From Pseudogymnoascus verrucosus (lineage: Eukaryota): DNA of 64,000 nt. This document shows, one piece after another, positions 37,201 through 49,034 of the stretch. Position 1 is the first letter of the stretch. Each line of letters begins with the position of its first letter. The notes beneath the pieces were generated by a model. That model had not been told where the DNA came from. It searched no databases and saw only the letters and a program-made list of their open reading frames with translations. The stretch lies in the NCBI GenBank assembly GCA_001662655.1, contig KV460210.1. One strand, given 5' to 3'. A program made the translations under genes and the position numbers.

Positions 37201-38167
37201 ATCTACGTGTACTGCCTCTGTGTTGTCTCCTGTTGCCTCCTCCTCCCCTCCTCCTCTTCCTGAATTATACATATTATACACTCTGTGTACTTTCGCCGTG
37301 TGCCCTTGTGCTGTGTTGTGTTGTGTTGTGTTGTGTGCACAAGATCAATATGATCAACTACTGCCACTACTACTCCCGAATCTAAAAAGGTACCTCTCTA
37401 ACACTACTCTAATACCACCCAAATATACTGTCCCCTACCTCCAACCCCATGTACCTCGCCTCGCCTCACCACGTACCTCCCCACGTACGTACCCATCTCT
37501 AGATTGTACCTTCTCACCCTTCTCACCCACCACACCCACTTTCCCGTCCATCTCCCATCTCCCCAACCCACACCCACTAACCCGCCAACCACACACATCC
37601 AACCCCCCCCCCCCAAAGTCCACTCCAGGCCAACGAACTAAAATCCACCTCCGCTCCCTCGCACCTCCCACCTCCCCTTACCAAACTTTCCTTCCCTTCT
37701 CTCCCCCTCCTTCTTCTCCTACTTCATTCTTCTACTTCCCCCCCTCCCTCCCTCCCCCTCATCTACACAAAAACATCATCATCATCATTCATCCTCTCCT
37801 CCACCCCTCATTATCATCATCTTAACGGCACTTTGTTACTTTGCCTATCTACTCCATCAATTTATTATACCCTCTTCAACAGACAATACTCTCACGCTCA
37901 CGCGACCGTGATACCCCCTTCAACACTCACACTCGAACAACCACAACGAAACCCCGTCGCCCACACAAATCCTCGAATCTCTCGCGACAGAGACCCCTCC
38001 ATATAGGAATACACCCATATCCATCACAGAAATCGATGATTAAAAACAATAAAGGAATGACAAACATACACCAACAGAAATCCTTCACACTTTAAACGAC
38101 ACGCCTCAGCTCGCGTTCCGAGACGATATTCAACCATCGTCTTGAAGGGTAGCATACCATCACAGTC

Positions 38168-40802
38168 ATGCCTGCCACCGCTCTGAATCCCATCGCGGCT
38201 TCCCCTGCCGCGGCCCGGAAGTCCTCGCTCGTCCCAGAAAAGAAGTACAAATGCCAGTTCTGCAATCGCGCCTTCAGCAGGAGCGAACACCGCAGCAGGC
38301 ACGAAAGATCTCGTTAGTTTTCCTCCCTCCTCCCCCTACCCCCCCTCCCCCTTCCCCCCTCTCACCGCTTACCAAACCCACAACACCCCCCCCACATGCC
38401 ACCTCCCCCCGCGACTACTCTCTCACCCGCCTCTCACCTACTTTCTATCATGCAAAGCTAACTGATTTTTTATCCCAGACACCAAAGAACGCCCGTTCAA
38501 ATGCCTGAAGTGCAGGAGTACATTTGTCCGTAGAGATTTACTGCTCCGACATGACCGAACGGTCCATGCCAAGGACGGTGGGATCCCCCTCCACAGCGAC
38601 GTGAAGCGTAGAAAGGCACCGACGAAGTCGACTATTGCTATCGACACCTCCGCCCTTGAGCAGATCGAGGCAAGCAGCGATGGCATGGTGGACCTCGAGA
38701 CGGCGGCGATGCTGATGACCGATTTGCACCACAAGGCGACGGTGGCGATGCGAAATGCGGGTGTTGGACCCTTCGAACAAGGACCTGGAATGGCCTTCGC
38801 CGGAAATGGTTCTTCCCTCATGGAGCCGTCAGTCACCTATCCTTCCGGTGCGATCTCCCTGCCTCAAGTGCAGTGGGATGCGTTTATGCCACAGTCTGGA
38901 GCAGACCGTGGCGCGCACTCGATCTCATCCAGCGTCTCCGGCTCTCAAGATTCACAACGGTCGTTCACCAGCACCAGTACTGCCCAGCCCAGCCGTCTCG
39001 GTCAGATGCACAGTCACTCGGCGTCCGCATGCAATGGACTGGTACCGGCGCTGCAGGCCATGATCGACTCGCTTCCACCGACCGCCTCCGCGACTCCCAG
39101 ACAGGCATCGCCTCACGATTCTCCCCGACCAGCCGGCCAACTGCAGCCTCCAAAGGCCCCTCAAGTGCTGGACGAAGAGCAGCGCACCGCGATCCTCGAC
39201 AACATCCGCAATGCCGATAGCGAACGCGCCCTCGTGGAGACCTTCCGTCTGCCCAACCTGACCTCGCTGAATAGGTATCTGTCGACGTACTTCACCCTCT
39301 TCCACCACCACCTGCCGTTCCTGCACCCAGCATCCTTCCGCCCAACCAAAGTCTCGCCCCCGCTCCTCTTGGCCGTCCTGTCCATCGGTGCGCTGTACGC
39401 GTTTGACCAAGAGCAGGCTTACATGCTGCACATCGGCGCGAAGCTGCTTGTCAACCAGTTCCTCCAGAACAAGGAGAACTTCAGCTCAAGAAAGTGCCCT
39501 CTGTGGACGATGCAGAGCACTTTGCTAAATATGGTGTTTACCAGCTGGAGCGGTGATGCGAAGGGACTGGAGTGGGCTTGTTCGATCAAGAGTCTGCTCG
39601 CCAACATGGTTGCCGGAAACCGCTACGAACTGAAGCTGCGCACAGAGGCCCGTGAAGGCGCTCAACCTTCAAGAGCTGAATGGGTTGAGGATGAGGGCTG
39701 CAGGCGCACGTACTATGCGGTCTACATCTTTTTCGGTCTTCTCACGCTGACTTACAACCACACGCCAGCCATTGGCTTCAACGAGTTCGAGGACCTTCAA
39801 CTGCCGTCAACAGAGTCTCTGTGGAATCTCAATGTCAACGACGATGCCTCGTGGCACGAGCACCTTATGGAATCGCATGTCCCTTCGTTCATGGAGGCGC
39901 ACGACAACCTCTTCCAGGGAGAATCATTACGCTACAGCGCTTTCGCTACTAGAGTGATGATCAACGCCCTCTTCCTGGAGGTCTGGTACCACAAGCGCAG
40001 CCCCGAGGCCCTTCAAGACGTCGTCACCGAGTACAAGCTTCGCCTCGCTCTGGAGACCTGGGAGAAATCTCTGCCACTCTGCGACTCGGAGCACGTTACG
40101 GTTTCGCTGAGCGCGCCGCACAAGGGACACCCGCTAATCTTCAACGCCCTTGCCATGTTCCGCAACGCCCGCGCCCGCCTCGAGGTCGATCTCAAGTCGA
40201 TACAGGAAGCTCTTAGATACCACGATTCGTACGAAGTTGCAGCCGCAATGTCCAACGCCCGAAGCAAGGTGAAGCGCTCTAGCGAGATGATCAAGGTCAT
40301 CCAGGAGTGCTTCAACTGCCTCGAGATTGCTGCGCTTCAGGGTATCCGCTGGGTCGCCCGAACCTCGGCCACCAACTGGAGCATCGAGCATCCGCTTTGC
40401 GGTCTAGATCTGATGGTCATCCTCAGTCTCTGGCTGTATCGTCTGGAACATGACGAGGAGCCCGCGACCGAGGAGGAACTGGCGATGTACAACAAGGTCC
40501 GCAACCTTTTTGACGACGACTCATTGGATGTCTACGACTCAAAGCTCAGCTCGGCTGTTGCTCGTATTTGGGGTGGTATGCTTGATGAGGTTGTCGTTTG
40601 GGGGTAAGTTTTATTCCTGCAATCTATATTAAAGTGCCGTTACTAACATTCTACTAGTATCTCTCGTCTCATGGGAGAGTCGTTTCAATTACATTCACAG
40701 GCCCTCGTCGGGTACGAAGATGACATTGAGGCTTCATCCAACGTTTCGACCCCCTCAATGATCTCTCAGGGCGCCGAGGACAACGACGACAGCATCTACT
40801 GA
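38168..40802 (+). CDS. C2H2 zinc-finger + fungal-specific TF domain transcription factor (Klf1/Zas1-like). Exons 38168-38312, 38479-40603, 40658-40802
   Basis: Two fingers, YKCQFCNRAFSRSEHRSRHERS|HTKERPFKCLKCRSTFVRRDLLLRHDRTVH, and a Fungal_trans domain (YFTLFHHHLPFLHPASF, LLLAVLSIGALY, EWVEDEGCRRTYYAVY, LQLPSTESLW). The introns have canonical signals. Confidence 0.9.
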
Positions 40803-41799
40803 TTTCCTATTTTCCTTATCATTTCCTATCATCTATCTCTCTGTTGGAACTAGAAGTGCTTTTCACAAATTTCGGGTGGGGCAATGGAGCGGGGTCTGGG
40901 TTATTCTGGGGATCAAACAAACGGTCCTGGGGTGTGCCTGGCTGGCTTGGAATGGGAAAGCCCGTTGAAATCTCTTTTTCCTTTGTCGTTCTTGCATACA
41001 GCGGTCATATATCTTGCGCGTTTTCCGGCATTTTCCTTTTGCTTTTTTCCCTGGGGTTTTTTTGGGCTATACAAAGGACAGGCTTTTGGGGGTGGGAAAT
41101 TATATGGGGGAAATCACACTTTCTCGAAATACGCCAACCACACCTCTTTCCGGCTATTAATATCTCACACATATTTGGCTGGTTCCAGCTATGTTCGTTT
41201 TTATGCCCTACTGGTTTCTGGATTTTGCGTTTGGGGGTGGGGGTGGGGGCTGGACACTATAATTAATGGCCTCTTGTTTTTCGTCTCTCTATTATCTCCT
41301 CTTGGTCGATTTTGTTGTCGATTTTGCTTTTTCAGATACCTTGTTCGTATATTATCCTTTTCCTAACAAGCTTTTTTGCTGTGCGTTAGTTTCTGCGTTG
41401 TTACTGCGTTTGTTTGGTACCTGGCATGGATAGGATGGGCTTGCTATGCTGCGATGCGCTGTCGGTCAGGGATTCGAGGGGATGTCTAGTGTAAAGATAG
41501 TGGATCATTTTGTGCCTTTAGCATTTGATAGTTTTTGGAATCTCAAGCATGCGGTTTTTCCCTCTTCACACCTGACTATATGCAGATGAAAATGTGATGT
41601 TGTGCTGTTATGTCTTGGTTGTTTAAAAAGTTGAAATGGGGGCGGTGAGCTGTGAGCTTGGGCGAGAATGTGAGAACCCTTGCTTGTGCTTTAGTCTGCA
41701 TGTACGTGTGTATGCACCATGCAGGCACCTTGTATTGTATGCACCATATATGTATGTAGTGTAATATCTGTCAATTATGTATTTTCGGACCTAGGCCAT

Positions 41800-41831
41800 C
41801 ACCTCACCTCACCTCACATCACCTCACCTCA
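41800..41831 (+). repeat. (CACCT)n pentamer repeat
   Basis: Read directly: cacctcacctcacctcacatcacctcacctca. Confidence 0.85.
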
Positions 41832-43195
41832 CAATCACAGTTTTTTGTGCAACTCCCTTCCTCACCTCCCCCCGACCGATCCATCATGCGGCTAGGAAGT
41901 AGCATGCAGCTAACCGTAGATACGATATACCTGTCCTTCCTGCTGTGGCACGCAAAACGGGATGGGCGTGCATCCCCATGCATCATCCCCGTCCCGTGTG
42001 TCTTTTTTGTTTTACACCAAGCCGAGGTGAGGTGATGTGAGGGTTCAGCTTGTTTGGGGGTCAATTGATTTGGGAATGTCTCGGAAGGATTTGAGTTTTT
42101 GTGTACACACCTCCCCCTTTTTGGTGGCGAATGAAATAAACTGTTTTTTTTCTTACTGTGATGGGTGAGAGGATTTGGGGGGGGGGGGGTTCTGGACAGG
42201 TGAATGGGAGAGAACGGGACGGGGCGGCGGTGGGCGGTCCGGCGGTAGGTATATGTGGGGGAAGCTGTTTTGTTCACCGCTCGGGGTACTATTGCATCCC
42301 CATGCCTGCCGACGACCCCACACCCCGCTGTCCCCGGTAGGATACATAGGCAGGTCTGGCCCGGGGGGTCTGGCGGTGGTATACGGTATACCATGCAAAC
42401 TGCAATTGTCGGCAGTAGAGAGGGGAGGGGGAGAGACGGAATTGGAATTCCCATAGCCCAGCTTATCCTAATCCCATATCCCACACTAACCCATCACAAT
42501 CCCAATCCCAAATCCCCCGCGCCACCCTCCTCGCCGCCGCCACCTCTACCGCGGGGGGCAAACAATCATGGAAAGGCCATCCATCCCAACGATAACGACC
42601 GTAGATGCATAAGTCCCGTATAACAGTGAGACTATTTTTTATCCTTTTTGTTTGACGGGGGGGGATAGGCCCGTCTTTGGGCCGCGTCGGGGCGGACGAG
42701 ACGGCGCGGATGGCTGGGCGGGAGGGTGGATGGCGGGTGTACGGGTGAGTGCATGAGGTGGTGTGAGGGAGGGCTGTAAGGGGTAAACGGGGAGGGGAGA
42801 CAGGTGGGGGGTTAGTTGGTAGCACGGAGAGCGTTGGAAAATAGGAGATCTGTTGGTGTTGGGTTTGGGCGTGCTGTTTGGGGATGAGGGGCTGGAGAGG
42901 GTTATATGGTGGGTTGAATAGGTGGTTTGCGAACTACTCGTATGTGGTTTCTGGGATGGGGGGGTATACGTCTAGTCTTGCTTCATTTTCTTAAATAGCT
43001 GGCTCGGCGTTGTGTAAGGGCGGTTGGTGGGAAGGGGTGTTATCACTTTTGTAAACTGGAATCACCAATCACCAATCACCCCTATCCCACTCCCACCACA
43101 AAGAAGAATGAGCATGAAAGGGGTATCTATTTATCTATTAATTAAGCTTCACCACCACCACCACCACAGTAACCATTATAAATCCAATCCTACTC

Positions 43196-45396
43196 TTACT
43201 CCTCATCATCATCATACCCCCCCTCCACCTCTGCCCATCCCGCCCCCCATCTTCTCCCTCCCTCCTCACCACCCATCCTCAAATCCCTCGCCCCCTCCCC
43301 CTCCCTCCAGCACCTCACCAAGAAATCATCCCCAACAGTGACCAGCTCACCCCCCCGCGTCCACGTCAGCGCGCCTACCTCCCTATCATGTCCGCGCACA
43401 AGGGGGGTTCCGTTGGTGTAGATAGGGATATCATCAGCGACTCTAGGGGCATCACTATGTGTTCGCAGAGGCGGGAGTTGCGGTTGCCCATCATCGGACT
43501 CGATATCCAACGCCGCCGAACTGGGAGCAGCACCCGCACCACGATGATACCGCTCATCAGTAGGAAACAAGATGGTACACCCATCACTACTCCCCACCGC
43601 CAGCATCTCCGCCTTCCCCTCCCTCGCCTCGCGAAGGGCTGACTTGACATAGAAAGACGTAACATGCAGTTTCTTATGCCTAAACCCATACAGCGGACCC
43701 AACCCCTCCTGCTCCCTCGCTAACGCATGTCTGCGCGGCGGATTCCTCGATGCTAGATCCGGTGCGCGCCCGAGAATGAGATGTGCCATCGAGTATGCGT
43801 ACACGGTGTTATCCTTGCATAAGGAGTAGAGCCTACCCCCATCGCCGCTGATGTTCAGCGAGCTGACCCCGAAGTGCCGCCACTGGCTGTGGCTCCGCGG
43901 GAGAGCCGTGGAGGATATGGCAGTAGGAGGGCGGCGAGGGCGCTGGAGTGAGCGGATGTCCCAGAGCTTGACGGTAGCATTAGATTCGGAGGCCGTGAGA
44001 AGAAGGTGCTCGTGCCCTGCTGGGAGGAAGGTGAGTGCTGTGATGGAGACGTCGCCTGCGCGCCCTGGGATCTCGCCGCGGGTTGGGCCGTCGGTGGAGG
44101 TGAGAGGGGGCAGGGAGCGGGAAGGGGCGGCGGAGCGGTGGGCTTGGTAGATGCCGTTTATTGCGGCGCCGTAGTTTAATCTGGAGGGAGGGGCGGGTTG
44201 GAGGGGGTTGTCGAGGGGGTCGAGGGGGATTTGGATGCTTTGAACGGGGCCTTCCATGCCTTTGCATCGGAGGTCCCAGATCTGGACACTGCCGTCTCGG
44301 CTGGATGTTGCGAGGACGCTATTGTTGGCTGCGCCGGGTTGGAAGCGGACTTGTTTGAGGGAGGCGGTGTGGTTGCTGAGGACTGATATTGTTGTTTGGG
44401 TGGCCATATCGATTACTCTGGAGGTTTGGTCGCCGGAGGCGGTTGCGATGAGGGAATCATCTTGGGAGAAACACATGTCGATGATGGCATTGGAATGCGG
44501 CCGAAAGGAAACGTAGATGTCTTTGAAAGCAGGTTGGCTCTCCTTTGCAGATTCCAGTATCCGTATGCGGCCTTCCTCGTCGCCGACAGCCATTAGGGAG
44601 TTTGCTAGTCAAGAGGATTAGCAGGCGAAACGTCGATAATCAAGGGGGACTTACTGTTGCAGCTTGCTACACAAAAAGGTATGCAGCGGTCGGGCCCCTC
44701 TATACTACTGCAGAAATGTGTGTCTGCAGGGCGAGAATAGAACGACGCAGTTTCATCTTGCCAGTCTGAACTCAAAATTAGCTTGCACCCGCGTAGAAGG
44801 TTGGATTGCATACCAGAAATAGGAGAACTAGTGTCATGCCGACGCGAAGGTATTGAACCATGCCGTGAGCGGAGTAAGTTGCCTGCCAGTCCCCGAGAAG
44901 CTGCCCTTCGGATTGGCAGTGCATAGCGCCCTATACTTGGCTCCTCACTAATTGTACACCTGGGAGCATCGTCGTCGTAGTCTAGATGTGTGGATAGTTC
45001 GCAGGTGGATCTTTCAAAGCCCTCAGCGGCAAAACTAGAAAAATAGCCATATTCTGGTGTCATATCCCCCACATGGCTGCTAAATGGGTCGTCACATGGA
45101 GAGTTTTTCTCTGACAAGGTCGGTTCAGGAGTATGTAGAAGTTTCCGCCTCTTCATATCTCGAGTAAATGAAATTGGGCTATTTTCTTGGTCCGCAATCG
45201 TGTTGAGTGGTCGGATGGGACTTGACTGTACGCCCCTTCGATTGTTCGCCGGTGCGGTTACATCAAAGAGAATCCTCCTCGATGATCCTGCTGCACTGGG
45301 GCCATGGGACCTTGGAGTAAAGAATCGAGTAAACTTTCGAGGCGTTATTGATGTCAGTCGTTTCTCTTTCGAGCTGCTCTCCCCTTGAGGCGCCAT
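43196..45396 (-). CDS. CDT2: WD40 substrate receptor of the CRL4 ligase (Cdt2/DTL-like). Exons 45396-44814, 44765-44655, 44604-43196
   Basis: AVGDEEGRIRIL, HSNAIIDM.FS.DD..IATASGDQT, HTASLKQV.F, LATSSRDGSVQIWDLR, VKLWDIR, SLCKDNTVYAYS, SFYVKSAL, GHDREV...VTVGDDFLVRCW. These match the Cdt2-type WD40 pattern. Confidence 0.85.
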
Positions 45397-45548
45397 TGTG
45401 CAGAGTCTGCTTCTTTCGTTTTTATGTTGTAGACAAAGTTTCCTTTGTTTATTCGAGATGGGTAATATATTATTCTTCGATATGTCGAGGACAAGGAGAG
45501 GTCGGGCTGGTGGAGGTGATTGGAGGCGATTTCAAACATGAATCCAAG

Positions 45549-45642
45549 ACGCGCAGGGTCCCCTAATTGCTAAGTGCTACGCGTCGAAGCTTCTTGACGC
45601 GAACAGCTTTACGCGTAAAGTTATCTTATCTTATCTTATCTT
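45549..45642. promoter_or_regulatory. MCB cluster plus (TTATC)4 in the divergent CDT2/SPB1 promoter
   Basis: ACGCGT at 45579-45584 and 45611-45616, ACGCGA at 45597-45602, ttatcttatcttatcttatctt at 45621-45642. Confidence 0.65.
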
Positions 45643-45830
45643 CCCCACATCCCGCATGGAAAAAGGATATCGGTTACACATTAATCCGCTCCGAAGACGT
45701 TGGACATTTCGTTTTTTCTTCATTTGCCCATGTACCTTTTATTTTGAGGTTGTGATATCCCACCAAACTACTCCCCCGACGAGTCTCAACTGTACCTCTC
45801 ACCCGACGGTAACAGGTTGAATACGCCGCC

Positions 45831-48599
45831 ATGGGTATTCAGAAGAAGCACGGCAAAGGCCGTTTGGATAAATGGTACAAATTGGCAAAAGTAAGATCTT
45901 CCTTCCCTCGCTGCCACATGTTTACAGAGCTAATTATCATCGCAGGAGAAAGGTAATACCATTGTCGAATTATACGAGTTTTGAGGCGGCAATATTTTTA
46001 CTGCTGCTGCAAAACATTACTTGGCCATTTTGCTAATCAAATATCTTCAGGATACCGTGCCCGTGCCGCTTTCAAGCTCATCCAGCTCAATAAGAAGTAT
46101 GGCTTCCTTGAAAAGAGTAAAGTTTTGTTGGATCTTTGCGCCGCGCCTGGAGTACGTCCTTGCATCCTACCTTGATCTACGCATTTTGCTAATGGTTTAC
46201 AGTCTTGGTCTCAAGTAGCAGCAGAGTGTATGCCGGTGAACAGTCTCATCGTTGGAGTTGATCTGTCGCCCATCAAAGCCATTCCTCGAGTCATTACATT
46301 CCAAGGCGATATTACCACTGATAAATGTCGCGCGACAATTCGATCCCATTTCAAGACCTGGAAAGCAGACACAGTTTTGCACGATGGTGCGCCCAACGTT
46401 GGTACTGCTTGGGTACAGGATTCTTTCAACCAGGCAGAATTGGCCCTTCAATCCATGAAACTTGCTACGGAATTCCTTGTCGAAGGAGGAACATTTGTTA
46501 CGAAGGTTTTCAGATCCAAGGACTACAACAGTTTACTGTGGGTTTTCAACCAGCTGTTCACGAAAGTCGAAGCTACCAAGCCGCCATCGTCCCGTAATGT
46601 TTCCGCCGAAATCTTCGTTGTGTGTCAAGGTTTCAAGGCCCCAAAACGGATCGATCCTAAATTCCTGGACCCAAAGTTCGTCTTTGCAGAGCTAGCAGAT
46701 CCTACGCCAAATAACGAAGCTAAGGTTTTTAACCCGGAGATCAAGAAGAGGAAGCGTGACGGTTACGAGGAGGGTAACTACACTCAGTTCAAGGAGGTTC
46801 CCGCCAGTGAATTTATCCAAACTACCGATCCGATTGCTATGCTCGGAAGCCTCAACAGATTCAGTTTCGACCAACCACCAAATGGCGACGTTGCTCTTGC
46901 AGCTCTGGACAAGATGCCAGAGACGACCGAGGAGATTAGAGATTGTTGCAAGGATCTCCGCGTTTTGGGCCGAAAAGAATTCCGAAACCTGCTTAAGTGG
47001 CGTCTCAAGGTTCGGGAGAAGTTTGGATTTGCTACGAAGAAGAGCATCGCAGCGGAAGCAGCTAGCGAGGAGGTTGCTGAGGTAGAGCCTATGGACGAGG
47101 AGCTACGCATACAAGAGGATCTCCAACAGTTAAGTGAAAAGGAGACGGCGAGGAAAAAGAGGGAGCGTCGACGTGAGAATGAGAAGAAGCAAAAGGAAAT
47201 CATTAGAATGCAGCTGCACATGACAGCACCAACTGAGATTGGTCTTGAACAGGCTGGCCCGAATGGAGAGGGCTCGATGTTTGCGCTGAGATCAATTGAT
47301 AAGGCTGGCGCCGTGGACAAGATTTCAAAAGGGAAAATGGCTATTCTAACGGAGGCGGAGGCGCGTCAAGGGGGTGAAAATGGTGTTTTCCTGCTAGAAG
47401 AGGAGGAGGAGAGTGATGTGGAGCAAGATCAGCTGGATCGATACCTAGATTCGATGTACGACCAATACCAAGATCGCAAATCGGAATCGGACGCAAAATT
47501 CAGAGCGAAGAAGAACAGGAAAGAATATGAAGACGGAGATTGGGAGGGATTCTCTGCCGATAACGCCAGCGATGACGAGAAGTTAGAACACGACAGCAGT
47601 GACGAATCCTCCGATGATGAAGGAGCACCTGTGACCAAATCTCTAATTACGGATCTCGACAACGAGCAGCAGAAACCCAATGGACTTTCAAAACGGGCGG
47701 CTCAATTTTTCGATCAAGATATTTTCAAAGATATCGGTGGCGTTGTTGAGGAAGAATCAGAAGCCGAGGACGAGGAAGACGAGCAAGAGCTAGCTGCTGG
47801 TTTGGACGACTTGGAAGACCTCGCTGAAAGCAAACGAGCTGAAGTCAAGAAAGCGCCAAAATCCAAACCAAGCGTCCCAACATCAAACGGCTTCGAAGAG
47901 TCAGACTCGGATAGTGAAGACGGATTCGAAGTGGTTAAGCGGGATAGCAGAGACGCACAATGGCAAGACCAGGGGCAGCCGCTTAAGAATGGCAAACTTG
48001 GTAATTTCCCAGCCCGGAATCAAAATTCCACCAAGCTAACTTCATTAGATATTGACATTATTACTGCGGAAGCCATGACGCTTGCCCAACAAATCGCCTC
48101 GGGACAGAAGTCAAGCTACGATCTTATTGACGAGGGTTTCAACAAGTATGCTTTCAAAGATCGCGATGGTCTGCCAGAGTGGTTCTTGGATGATGAAGGA
48201 AAGCATGACAGGCCGCATCGCCCTATCTCAGCCGCAGGAGCTGCTGCTATCAAGGAGAAGCTGAGGGCTATGAATGCTCGACCTATCAAGAAGGTCCGAG
48301 AAGCAAAGGACCGTAAGAAGTTCCACGCAGCACAACGTCTAGAGAAGCTGCGCAAGAAGTCCGCCTTGCTCAACGACGAGGAAGGTATGACCGAGAAGGA
48401 GAAGGCTTCGAGCATCACCAAGCTCATGAGCAATGCGGCAAAGAAGAAGCCAAAGACCCAGGTTAAGGTTGTTGTTGCTGGTGGCGGCAGAGGAGGTATT
48501 GCTGGACGACCAAGAGGTGTGAAGGGTCGTTACAAGATGGTGGATGCCAGGATGAAGAAGGATACTCGTGGGTTGAAGCGAGCAGCAAAGAGGAAGTAA
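45831..48599 (+). CDS. SPB1: AdoMet-dependent rRNA 2'-O-methyltransferase Spb1. Exons 45831-45890, 45946-45952, 46051-46151, 46203-48000, 48049-48599
   Basis: [62 protein letters not shown]...[10 protein letters not shown]...FVTKVFRS...[16 protein letters not shown], plus the Spb1 C-terminal domain (LPEWFLDDE...[11 protein letters not shown]...[14 protein letters not shown]). Confidence 0.96.
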
Positions 48600-49034
48600 A
48601 TTAGACCCAAGCAGAGAACAACATCCTATGGGTTGGTGTAATGGTTACATTGTTTTGTACCGGGGGAGTCACGGGGCTATAAATTTCATGCCAGCATATA
48701 GTTATACGAATATCTAGGCAGCTTTCCGCCTTCATTATGCCTCGGGAGTTCTTGATCACGAAAGATTATTTGTTCATATAGGTTTAAAACCCTCATCTCG
48801 TATTGAATACCATGACTAGCATGTGGCTGGTCTCCATGTCATGCCCCTAATGTACTTACATACTTTGCCTCCATAAACCTTCATTGCTCTATAATTCTGT
48901 AACTAGAAAGTATCCCATCAAATGCAATTCGGAAGCTTGACCACTTCTGTTGACGCCCCTCGGGGTCCAGCTCCTGGCGCCATATCATATACTCTCAAAT
49001 GCTCTAAATCTCAATGTCTGGGGTATTTCTCCTG

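Noticed and set aside
32389..37825. Numerous 60-240 aa ORFs in the large intergenic region (RP repeats, LLYST repeats, Pro-rich)
   Set aside because: Translations of microsatellites and homopolymer runs, many with non-ATG starts, no domain motifs and no coherent exon chain.
41400..43190. Possible gene or ncRNA between the TF and CDT2 (221-aa ORF; gctaac-cgtag branch/acceptor-like site near 41909-41919)
   Set aside because: Low-complexity sequence with no recognisable protein or RNA motif; an isolated splice-like signal is not enough.
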